Of a stretch of DNA of 38,152 bases, positions 16,796 through 24,941 are shown in pieces (position 1 is the first letter of the stretch; each line of letters starts with the position of its first letter). The DNA is from a virus (lineage: Duplodnaviria; Caudoviricetes). The position numbers and the translations under genes are program-made. The DNA is taken from IMG/VR virus record IMGVR_UViG_3300012894_000014, positions 1 to 38,152 of that record. One strand, 5' to 3'. The notes below the pieces were generated by a model. The model was not told where the DNA came from and ran no database searches. It worked only from the letters and a program-made list of their open reading frames with translations.

Positions 16796-16819
16796 CACCC
16801 TCTCACCTTTTTTCTGCAA
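16796..16819 (+). repeat. 24-bp leader CACCCTCTCACCTTTTTTCTGCAA upstream of the major capsid gene
   Basis: Identical copy at 20214..20237. Confidence 0.85.
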
Positions 16820-16827
16820 AAACCATT

Positions 16828-18129
16828 ATGAATTACTTGCAACAGCTGCGTGAGCGGCGTGATGCGGCCCTAGCCCGGGCTAAAACCCCTTTCAATGCTG
16901 CCAAGGGCGAAAGCCGCAGCATGACAGCTGAGGAAACGACTGCCTACGACGCAGCCATGGCCGAGGTGCGTAGCCTGGCTACGCAGATTCTCCAAGCTGA
17001 AGAGCAGGAGCGGTTGGACGCGGAAGCTGCTGGCAACACGCAGCCCATCAACAACCACAACACCCAGGAGGCCCGCGACCTGTCGAACTACTCGCTGCTG
17101 AAGGTGGTGCGCTCTATGTCGGGTGGTGCGCCGCTCGATGGTATCGAGCGCGAGATGCACCAGCAAGCAGTTGCTGAAGCTCGCTCCCTCGGGCAGGACG
17201 TGAACGGGGTAGGCATCCCGCAGATGCTACTCAGCCGCCGCGACAACTCGATTACCCAGCCCACCCAGCCCGAGGATGGCTCGGCTGTGAGGGCCGTAGA
17301 CACCGTGCGTCCCATTATCGACTTAGCTCGCCCAAAGTCGGTGCTACGCGCCCTTGGTGCCACGTTCCTCACGGGCCTAGTGGGTGATATTGGCGTGCCC
17401 TCGCTCTCGCAGGGTGCCAAATCGACCTTCAAAGGCGAAATCGAGACCCTCGACAAGTCGAACCAGAAGTTCAAGGACGCCAAGATGACTCCGCACCGCA
17501 TGGGTACGTGGGTGCGTCGCAGCAAGCAGTTCTTAGCTCAAACGTCACCCGGCATTGAGCTACTGCTGCGCTCTGACCTGGAAAAGAGCGTGGTGCAGGA
17601 GCTGGAGCGCGTGGCCATCAACGGCGACGGGCAGGATAACGAGCCGCTTGGCATCCTCAACTACAGCGACATTCTTCAACTGGTGCTAGGTGCCAACGGC
17701 GCGGCGCCCGACCGTGACACGCTGGTACTACTAGAAGCGCTGGTGGAAGGCCAGAACCTGGCCCTCGACTCGTCGGGTTACCTCATCAACGTGGCCACTA
17801 AGGCCAAGCTCAAGCGCACCAAGGTAGACGAAGGTTCGGGCCTGTTTTTGATGAACAGCAACACGGAGCTCAATGGCTATCCCGTACAGGTGACGACCAA
17901 CGTGCCGCGTGACCTGAGCAAGGGCACTAGCAACAGCAAGCTGTCGTCCGCCATTTTCGGCGACTGGAGTCAGCTGCTGATTGGGCAGTGGGGTGGGCTC
18001 GACATCACGGTGGATAACATCACGCTGGCCAAGCAGGGCCAGGTGGAAATCATCATCCAGACCTTCCACGACGTGCTGGCGGCCCAGCCCAAGGCGTTTG
18101 CGGCCGTGAAGGACCTGCTCACCGAGTAG
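16828..18129 (+). CDS. Major capsid protein, HK97 fold, with N-terminal delta (scaffold) domain
   Basis: Coiled-coil N-terminus; GDG..EPLGILN, LNGYPV and FGDWSQL motifs; follows the protease gene. Confidence 0.96.
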   Translation: MNYLQQLRERRDAALARAKTPFNAAKGESRSMTAEETTAYDAAMAEVRSLATQILQAEEQERLDAEAAGNTQPINNHNTQEARDLSNYSLLKVVRSMSGGAPLDGIEREMHQQAVAEARSLGQDVNGVGIPQMLLSRRDNSITQPTQPEDGSAVRAVDTVRPIIDLARPKSVLRALGATFLTGLVGDIGVPSLSQGAKSTFKGEIETLDKSNQKFKDAKMTPHRMGTWVRRSKQFLAQTSPGIELLLRSDLEKSVVQELERVAINGDGQDNEPLGILNYSDILQLVLGANGAAPDRDTLVLLEALVEGQNLALDSSGYLINVATKAKLKRTKVDEGSGLFLMNSNTELNGYPVQVTTNVPRDLSKGTSNSKLSSAIFGDWSQLLIGQWGGLDITVDNITLAKQGQVEIIIQTFHDVLAAQPKAFAAVKDLLTE

Positions 18130-18196
18130 GCCAGCCCGAAAAGCCCGGCTGGCACTAGTCAGTCGGGCGATGGTATCACCCCAACCACTCCATATT

Positions 18197-18466
18197 ATGT
18201 CCCAAACTGCTGAACAAAAGGCTGCTAAAGCTCAAAAAGCAGCCGAAAAAGCTGCGCAAGAGGCTGCGAATGAGCAAAGTCAGCCTGAAACGGGTGAAAA
18301 ATCTACTGAAACGCAGCAAGTCAAGTTTTTGCGCTCGCATCCCCGCTACGCCTACTGGCCCGGTGACACGACCGACCTCACGGCCGGACACGTGGAACTG
18401 CTGACTACCGGCGGATTCGCCGAGTTGGTAGGTGCGCCCGAAACTGAGTCTGAAAACGAAGAATAA
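18197..18466 (+). CDS. Small head-associated protein
   Basis: After the capsid gene; VKFL..Y.PGD....L..GFAE pattern. Confidence 0.7.
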   Translation: MSQTAEQKAAKAQKAAEKAAQEAANEQSQPETGEKSTETQQVKFLRSHPRYAYWPGDTTDLTAGHVELLTTGGFAELVGAPETESENEE

Positions 18467-18474
18467 CTGATAAC

Positions 18475-18837
18475 ATGCTTACCCTAGCTCAGGTAAAAGC
18501 CCATCTCAAACTCGACCTAGCCGACAGCCAGGAAGATGACCTGCTGGGCATTTACCTGAGCACGGCGGTGGCCACGTTTGAGCACACTAGCAAGAAGCGG
18601 TTCCCAGCTGAAGATGAACCTACTGAGCCGCTGCCGGTAGGCGTGACAACGGTGCCCGTTTTTGTAGACCCCACAGTGCTGAGCCCACGCGAGCAGCTCA
18701 TGGGTGTGCAGTGGGTGCTGCTCACGCTGGGCCACTGGTATGAGAACCGGGCCACGGTGGCCGTGGGGCTGAACGTGACGGAAGTGCCACACACAGCCAA
18801 GATGCTGATGAACCTGCTTCGCGAACCTACGCTATGA
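18475..18837 (+). CDS. Head-tail connector (gp6-like)
   Basis: TLAQVKAHL..D..EDDLL and HWYENR motifs. Confidence 0.92.
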   Translation: MLTLAQVKAHLKLDLADSQEDDLLGIYLSTAVATFEHTSKKRFPAEDEPTEPLPVGVTTVPVFVDPTVLSPREQLMGVQWVLLTLGHWYENRATVAVGLNVTEVPHTAKMLMNLLREPTL

Positions 18838-19157
18838 ACTTCGGCAAGTGCGACCGCCTCGTTACGCTGCAAGCGCCCCAGCCCGCGCCCGCCGACCAGT
18901 TCGGTGGCGCAGGCCAGGAGCAGCTATTTAGCGACGTGGCGCAGGTCTGGGCTGAGCAAAAGCCGGGTACTGGCAGCGAGGCTTTGCAAGCAGACCAGCT
19001 CACAGCCGTGCAGCAAAGCACTTGGCAGCTGCGCTACCGGGCCGACGTGGTGCCTACCTGGCAACTAGTCTACAACGGGGCCACCTACGCTATTACAGGC
19101 GTGCAAGAAATTGGCCGCAAGGCAGGGCTCATCTTAACAACGTATCGCCGTGGGTAG
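18834..19157 (+). CDS. Head closure protein (SPP1 gp16-like)
   Basis: G...R.VTLQ, VWA, RYRADV and YNG.TY.I patterns. Confidence 0.9.
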   Translation: MNFGKCDRLVTLQAPQPAPADQFGGAGQEQLFSDVAQVWAEQKPGTGSEALQADQLTAVQQSTWQLRYRADVVPTWQLVYNGATYAITGVQEIGRKAGLILTTYRRG

Positions 19158-19647
19158 GAATCTCTCTTTTATTGGTATTTCGGAGCTAACCGAGGTGCTC
19201 GACGCGCTTGCTGGCGATAAGAAGCTCAGTAACAAAGTGGTGCGGGGCATCCTTAATAAGGCCGCTAAGCCCATCGTTCAGAAAGCCAAGGAGCTAGCCC
19301 CGAAAGAGGATGGCGACTTACAGAAAGCTATCGGCACGGTGCCCGGTCGGGGCCAGGGCAAGGGCGAGCAGGTCTACATCGGCCCCCGGCGCGGCGGGCG
19401 CTTCAAGGGCTACGCGGGCCACTTGGTAGAGTACGGCACGGCGCCGCACATCATTCGGGCCAAGGTAGCCGGCGGGCAGCTGCACCTGCGCGGCAACGTG
19501 TTTGTCGAGGAAGTGCAGCACCCCGGCGCTACTGCGAAGCCCTTCATGCGCCCAGCCTTTGACAGCAAAAAAGACGAGGCCATTGGCATCATCAAGGACG
19601 AGTGCAAAGCAATCATTCTGGACGAGTTTAAATCAGTTTTCAAGTAA
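19150..19647 (+). CDS. HK97 gp10-like tail completion protein
   Basis: AP..DG.L, HLVEYGT and KPFMRPAFD motifs. Confidence 0.9.
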   Translation: MGRNLSFIGISELTEVLDALAGDKKLSNKVVRGILNKAAKPIVQKAKELAPKEDGDLQKAIGTVPGRGQGKGEQVYIGPRRGGRFKGYAGHLVEYGTAPHIIRAKVAGGQLHLRGNVFVEEVQHPGATAKPFMRPAFDSKKDEAIGIIKDECKAIILDEFKSVFK

Positions 19648-19832
19648 TGGAACCCATCATCACCACCACGCCCAGCAAGCTAGCTGCTGCCTTTACTGAA
19701 TGGGAACGTCGCTACCGTGAAGAGCCTGAGCGCTTCCAGTCAGAAACCGAACGGCTTGCCACCGAGGTGCAAACCCAAGGGCAATTGCAGGCCGCCTGCC
19801 TCATTCAATTTCTAGAAGAGCAAAAAGCTTAA
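19647..19832 (+). CDS. 61-aa hypothetical protein inserted in the neck operon
   Basis: TAATG coupling; fills the gap exactly. Confidence 0.6.
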   Translation: MEPIITTTPSKLAAAFTEWERRYREEPERFQSETERLATEVQTQGQLQAACLIQFLEEQKA

Positions 19833-19836
19833 GTAA

Positions 19837-20211
19837 GTGGAGCCTGGCGCAATTATCAACACCTTACTGCAAGCCGACGCCGACGTGGTGGCGCTGCTGG
19901 GTGAGCGCGTCTACCCGCTGCGCGCCCCGCAAAACACGCCCTACCCCTACGCCACCTACCAGGTGGTGAGTGGCCAAGGCAACAGCACCATGGCCTGCGA
20001 CCTTGACGACGACGCCCGGGTGCAGGTAAGCCTCTTCGCCAAAACCTATGCCCAGATAGGGCAGCTCCACGCCGCCTGCCGCACGGCCTTGCACAGGCAG
20101 CAGGTGGGCGCGGTGTACATCGCTTTCGATGCCTACCAGGAAAGCTTTCAGGATAACGCGCTCTGCTTTCTGCGCACTCAGGATTACCTACTCGATGGGC
20201 TAGCGGCCTAA
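19837..20211 (+). CDS. Tail terminator (DUF3168-like)
   Basis: G.RVYP..AP..PY.TY and RVQV patterns; precedes the tail tube gene. Confidence 0.85.
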   Translation: MEPGAIINTLLQADADVVALLGERVYPLRAPQNTPYPYATYQVVSGQGNSTMACDLDDDARVQVSLFAKTYAQIGQLHAACRTALHRQQVGAVYIAFDAYQESFQDNALCFLRTQDYLLDGLAA

Positions 20212-20213
20212 CC

Positions 20214-20237
20214 CACCCTCTCACCTTTTTTCTGCAA
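20214..20237 (+). repeat. 24-bp leader upstream of the major tail gene
   Basis: Identical to 16796..16819. Confidence 0.85.
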
Positions 20238-20245
20238 TCAGTACA

Positions 20246-20680
20246 ATGGCTAAAACTCCAATCAAGGGCCGCGACGTGGCCTTTTATGTCAAAAAGCCCG
20301 GCGCCACTGGCACGGCCATGGTCCGAGTGGGCTGCGTGGGCGACGTCGGCCTCAAAATCAACACGGAGGCTGACGAGGCCACCTGCTCCGACTCGGCGGG
20401 GTGGAAAGAGTTTGTGCCAGGCCAGAACGACTGGGCCGCTACGGCCAACCTCACGGCCCGCGAAATCACGGAGGCCGATATCGATACCAATGTGTCGGTG
20501 GCGGAATTTGTGCAGTATCAGGTCGACCAGGAAATTATGACCATGCGCTTCAGCCTCGGCGATACGCGCTACGAAGGCCAGTGCTTCATCACGGGCAATG
20601 ACCTGAAGGGCCAGCTCAAAGGCGCCGCCACCGGTGCGCTTTCGCTGCAAGGCACCGGCCCGTTGGCAGTAGTAGTCTAA
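20246..20680 (+). CDS. Major tail tube protein (TP901-1-like)
   Basis: IKG.D, T..DS.GWKEF.PG..DW, YEG..FIT and LQGTGPL motifs. Confidence 0.9.
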   Translation: MAKTPIKGRDVAFYVKKPGATGTAMVRVGCVGDVGLKINTEADEATCSDSAGWKEFVPGQNDWAATANLTAREITEADIDTNVSVAEFVQYQVDQEIMTMRFSLGDTRYEGQCFITGNDLKGQLKGAATGALSLQGTGPLAVVV

Positions 20681-20701
20681 TTTTTCTTGCTACCCATGTC
20701 C

Positions 20702-20734
20702 AAAAAACCCGCTCAGTTTCTGGGCGGGCTTTTT
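20702..20734 (+). terminator. Intrinsic terminator after the tail tube gene
   Basis: AAAAAACCCGCTCAG-TTT-CTGGGCGGGCTTTTT. Confidence 0.75.
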
Positions 20735-20770
20735 GGGCGAAAGTCATTTCTACCTCTTTTCTGCTCAAAC

Positions 20771-21202
20771 ATGGAAGTCAACACCACCCCCAACGCGGCC
20801 CGCGGCGAGGCCACGATTACAATTGCTGGCGCCCCGCATCGCCTGCGCTTCGGCATGAACGTGATGCGCGATGTAACCAAGCTTACAGGCCTGGGTACCG
20901 GAGAGTTCGCCCAGCTGCTCAGCACTGATTTCAACGAAGCTGCTACGGCCCTGGTCGCGTGCGCCGTGAAGCGCTACGTGTCCGGCCAGGAGAGTTTCAC
21001 GCAGGACGATGCCGGCGAGTTGATTGACGAGTTGAATCCGAGCGATACTGATGCCCTGGCCGATGCCATTAAGGAGAGCCTGAGCGTGGGCCCTTTGATG
21101 GCGTCGCTCATGGCGAAAGTGACGCCGCAGGCAGCCCCCAGCCCCGCCTCAGTGCCGAGCGAGAATGGCACCAGCACCTCGATTTCGCTTTCGGAGAATT
21201 AG
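20771..21202 (+). CDS. Tail assembly chaperone (G-like)
   Basis: N.ARGE..I.I.G...LRFG; between tube and tape measure genes. Confidence 0.85.
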   Translation: MEVNTTPNAARGEATITIAGAPHRLRFGMNVMRDVTKLTGLGTGEFAQLLSTDFNEAATALVACAVKRYVSGQESFTQDDAGELIDELNPSDTDALADAIKESLSVGPLMASLMAKVTPQAAPSPASVPSENGTSTSISLSEN

Positions 21203-21480
21203 CCCTCTCGGCGGTCGAATTCTGGGAGATGCCTCTTTCAGAATTCGACCGTCGATGCCGCGGCTATCACCGCCGAGTGGCCGACCATAAGCGCCCGCTG
21301 CGCTGGCTGGGCACCATCCTGCTCAACGTCAACCGGGCAGAGGGCGAGCCCGCCCTTACCGAGGAAGAAACCATGTGGGTCTACGGGGACCCCGTACCCG
21401 AGGCGCCAATCATGCTTACGCCCGCAGAAGTAGAAGCCGAGTGGGCACGCGTGGCAGCGCTTGACAAAGATTTGATTTAG
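21091..21480 (+). CDS. Tail assembly chaperone T segment reached by -1 frameshift
   Basis: Slippery C-CCT-TTG at 21091-21097; -1 frame open to 21480 and includes AFGELALSAVEFWEM. Confidence 0.75.
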   Translation, partial: PFDGVAHGESDAAGSPQPRLSAEREWHQHLDFAFGELALSAVEFWEMPLSEFDRRCRGYHRRVADHKRPLRWLGTILLNVNRAEGEPALTEEETMWVYGDPVPEAPIMLTPAEVEAEWARVAALDKDLI

Positions 21481-21486
21481 AAGATA

Positions 21487-24312
21487 ATGGCCGACATACT
21501 TGCAAGCGTCTCCGTTGTACTAGGGGCTGAAACCTCGGGCTTTCGCGCTGCGATGGCCGAGGCTCGGCGCGAGCTTTCTGGCCTTGTCAAGTTCAGCGAG
21601 GGGCTAAAGGATGTCGGCACCAGCCTTACGCAGTATGTCACAGCCCCGCTGGCCTTGTTCAGCGGGGCTGCTGTGGCGGCTAGCGGCAAGATTGAGAGCC
21701 TGAAAAAAGGCTTGGAAGCCATCACGCTGCAAGAACTTGGTAAGCAGGGTGTAACAGGCCTAGGCGCCATACGGGCGGCCGCCGAGCAGACCACGGCCCG
21801 CATGGCCCAGCTGCAGGAAATCGCCAAGCTACCCGGCCTGGGCTTCGAAGGCGCCGTGCAGGGCGATGTGCGCCTGCGCGCGGTGGGTATTTCGGCCGAG
21901 CAGTCGGCTAAATCCATCGCGGCTTTTGCCAACGCCATCGCTACTACTGGCGGGGGCAAAAGCGAGTTCGACCGTGTGACCGTGCAGCTGGCCCAGCTCA
22001 GCGCCAAAGGCAAGGTACTGGCTCAGGACCTGCGCCCCATCATCGAAGCTGCACCAGCGGTTTCGGGCGCCTTGCAACGCCTCTACGGCACGGTAGATTC
22101 GGAAACCATTTCGGCTAGCCTGGCAAAACAGGGCAAGAGCAGCACCGACTTTATTGCCGTGCTGACCGACGAGCTGGCCAAGCTGCCCCAGGTAACGGGC
22201 GGGCTGAAAAACAGCCTGGAAAACTTCGTAGATACTAGCACGCTGGCACTGGCCAAGTTCGGCGACGGCATCAGCAAGGCGCTCAATCTACCCGGTATTC
22301 TGGCTGGGTTGAGCAGTTTTGTAGAGCGGGCGGCCAATGCGTTTGCCGGCCTCTCGCCGGGCACGCAGGGGCTCATCGTGGCGCTAGGCGGCATCGTGGC
22401 CGCCGTTGGGCCGGTGCTGGTGGCCGTGGGCACGCTGGGCGCGGCGCTGCCCGCCATCACGGCGGGTTTCAGTGTGCTGGGCGTAACCTCGCTGGCTGCT
22501 TTTGCTCCCATTGTGCCGGCGGCCCTGGGCGTGGCGGCTGTGGCCTACGTGATTTACGAGAACTGGCAGGACGTTGCCGCCTACTTCAGTGGCGAGGGTG
22601 CGGGGCTCTTCAGCGACCTAGCCACCGCCGCCAGGTCGGCGGCCAGCGCCATCGGCGATGCCTTTGCTACCATTCGGGCCAACGTTGGCAGTAACCTGGG
22701 CGACATGGTATCCGCAGCTACCATCTTCCGCACCATTTTTCGGGAGGCAGCCGTGGGCGTGGCGGCTGCGCTTAACACCGTGGCCGGCGCTGTTGCGGCC
22801 ATCAATGGCCTGCTGACCGGCGACTTTCGGCAGGCTGTCGATGGGGCTAGTCAGGCGTTCTACGGGCTCATTGACCCCATCGCCAATTTGCTGGGCTTCA
22901 CCGTGCGCGTGCAGGAAGCCAACCCCATTCTGGCCCTGCGCAAGTCGGCCACCGAGTTCAACGCAGTATTCCCGCAGCTGCGGGCCAATCTTGACGCGCT
23001 CAACAACGTGCAATTGGGCCCACTTGGTGCAGGAAGCACCGACGGCATAAAAGCGCAGATTGGCTTGCTGGCTGCGCTCAAGGCTCGGCTAAAAGAGGTG
23101 CAGGACCAGCGCGATAAAGAAACGAATGTCAGTGCTATTTCAGCTGACAATGCGCTTATTATCAGCCTGCAAAAGCAGATTGCTGCGCTCGAAGGCACCG
23201 ATAAAGCTAGCAAAAAAGCCGCCGACGCGCTAGCCAAGCTGCGGCTTGAGCTTGCCCGGCTCTCGGCCCTCGACAACTTTCTAGGTGACGCACCCACGCA
23301 ATTGCAGGTGCTGGAGCGCCGAGCTGGCGCCCTGCAAACCGGCCTGAAAAGCTTGGTAGATGCCGGTGTGAGTACCAGTTCGCGCGCATTTCGGGAATTC
23401 GCCACGCAGCTGGTAAGTGTTAGCCAGGCCTTCGACAAACTCCAAGCTAGCAGTGAACTCGGCCTGAAGCCAGTAAACGTAAAATCGCTGATACCGCAAA
23501 CTATTGGCGACACGCTACCGCAAGATGTGGCGCGACTGCTGGGAGACTATGCCAAGCAACAGAAGCCCTTCGAGTTGCCTGTAGCAGTGAAGCTGAACAT
23601 GCAGGCCATTTTGAGTGCGCCAGATTTTCAGCAGAAAATCAACGGCGCCCTGCTTGATATTGGTAGTGGCTTCAAACTAGCAGATGACTCGCTCACGCTC
23701 TTCGGCAACGGCTTTGATGCGGCCGGGGCCAAGGTAAACGCAATGGGTAGCGCACTCCAGAACTTACTGGCTCAGGGTGTAAGCCCACTGAGCCCGATGG
23801 TCGCAGAGCTAGGCAAGCAGTTTCGGACCATGTCAGACTTAGCCAACATCAACACGGCTGCTACCGGCGCGTTAACCAGCGGGTTGAGTGGCCTAGCTAC
23901 CGGCTTATTAGAAGGCCTTGGGCAGTTAGCAAGCGGCGCGACCACATTGAGCAATTTTGGCGCTACTATTCTGGGCCTGGTAGGAAAATTGGCCACGCAG
24001 TTGGGGGAAGCAATTGTGGCCGTAGGTGTGGGTATGCTGGGCTTAAAAACCGCTTTCACAAATCCCTTCTCAGCTATTGCGGCTGGTGCAGCGCTTATCG
24101 TGGTAGGCGCGGCGCTCGGCGGTATTGCCAGTAGCCTAAGTAGTGTCGGGAGCGGGGGGAGCGGTGCTAGCGGGGGCTCCCCCGTGCCTAGCAACTACGG
24201 CCAAAGTAGCAGCCAGCAAACTGTGAAGGTTGTTGTTGAAAGCCGACTGCGCGGTCCCGACCTAGTGGCAGTTGGCCAGGCTGAGGCTTACCGCGTGAAG
24301 CGCACAGGCTAA
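21487..24312 (+). CDS. Tape measure protein
   Basis: 941 aa, Ala/Gly-rich and helical; QLAQL.AKGKV.AQDLR.I tape-measure motif; hydrophobic segments. Confidence 0.95.
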   Translation: MADILASVSVVLGAETSGFRAAMAEARRELSGLVKFSEGLKDVGTSLTQYVTAPLALFSGAAVAASGKIESLKKGLEAITLQELGKQGVTGLGAIRAAAEQTTARMAQLQEIAKLPGLGFEGAVQGDVRLRAVGISAEQSAKSIAAFANAIATTGGGKSEFDRVTVQLAQLSAKGKVLAQDLRPIIEAAPAVSGALQRLYGTVDSETISASLAKQGKSSTDFIAVLTDELAKLPQVTGGLKNSLENFVDTSTLALAKFGDGISKALNLPGILAGLSSFVERAANAFAGLSPGTQGLIVALGGIVAAVGPVLVAVGTLGAALPAITAGFSVLGVTSLAAFAPIVPAALGVAAVAYVIYENWQDVAAYFSGEGAGLFSDLATAARSAASAIGDAFATIRANVGSNLGDMVSAATIFRTIFREAAVGVAAALNTVAGAVAAINGLLTGDFRQAVDGASQAFYGLIDPIANLLGFTVRVQEANPILALRKSATEFNAVFPQLRANLDALNNVQLGPLGAGSTDGIKAQIGLLAALKARLKEVQDQRDKETNVSAISADNALIISLQKQIAALEGTDKASKKAADALAKLRLELARLSALDNFLGDAPTQLQVLERRAGALQTGLKSLVDAGVSTSSRAFREFATQLVSVSQAFDKLQASSELGLKPVNVKSLIPQTIGDTLPQDVARLLGDYAKQQKPFELPVAVKLNMQAILSAPDFQQKINGALLDIGSGFKLADDSLTLFGNGFDAAGAKVNAMGSALQNLLAQGVSPLSPMVAELGKQFRTMSDLANINTAATGALTSGLSGLATGLLEGLGQLASGATTLSNFGATILGLVGKLATQLGEAIVAVGVGMLGLKTAFTNPFSAIAAGAALIVVGAALGGIASSLSSVGSGGSGASGGSPVPSNYGQSSSQQTVKVVVESRLRGPDLVAVGQAEAYRVKRTG

Positions 24313-24863
24313 AGTCCATCGCTAGGCGTCTCCAACTTCTCTTTCTCCCGAATTTTACGGCGGGCTAGCGCCTCGTTGGTGTCGATGGTAACTAGGGCAG
24401 CCTTTACTGGCACTCCTAGGTAACCAGAGTTCGCCACCAACATGCGTTGCGTAAAGGTGACGGTCACCTTCTGCCCTGCCCACACCCACTTGCTGTCGTT
24501 GAGCGTTTGTGGTGGGCCATAGAGTGCTACGAAGCTGTTAAATAGGCGAGTGGGCTCATTTACCCCTGAGGTGGCCATTTCTACACTGCACAATTTATCT
24601 TCAAAGAAGATGAACTGAAGCTTGCTAAGGGGAACGTCGTTTACTACCTGTCGCTCCATCGGATCCATGTAAAATCCGCGCCGTTTTTGCATGGTTGGCA
24701 ACTCAGCCAGCGGGGTACCAAACTTGAGTTTGCGAAAGCCATTTTTAGCATCTAACGCCTCAATGCTACCTGCTGCTTCAGGTGTAGCAATGTTGGAAGC
24801 CGTCTGGGCCAAGGTAGGGACAGCACTCAGCAGAAAGGCGGCAAGTAGTAAGTCCTTTTTCAT
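24309..24863 (-). CDS. Antisense moron encoding an exported (Sec/SPI) protein
   Basis: MKKDLLLAAFLLSAVPTLA|Q signal peptide; visibly lower GC; TAGCTTCG box 4 nt before the ATG. Confidence 0.8.
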   Translation of the reverse strand: MKKDLLLAAFLLSAVPTLAQTASNIATPEAAGSIEALDAKNGFRKLKFGTPLAELPTMQKRRGFYMDPMERQVVNDVPLSKLQFIFFEDKLCSVEMATSGVNEPTRLFNSFVALYGPPQTLNDSKWVWAGQKVTVTFTQRMLVANSGYLGVPVKAALVTIDTNEALARRKIREKEKLETPSDGL

Positions 24864-24878
24864 GCCCCGAAGCTAACT

Positions 24879-24941
24879 GCTTTCCCCGCTTTTCCCCGCC
24901 ATCAGCCCATGCCCATCTAGGGCTAGCCGGAACTTCGGGGC
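24879..24941 (+). promoter_or_regulatory. Candidate late promoter, copy 2
   Basis: GCTTTCCCCGCTTTTCCCCGC-N28-CGGAACTTCGGGGC-ATG. Confidence 0.75.
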
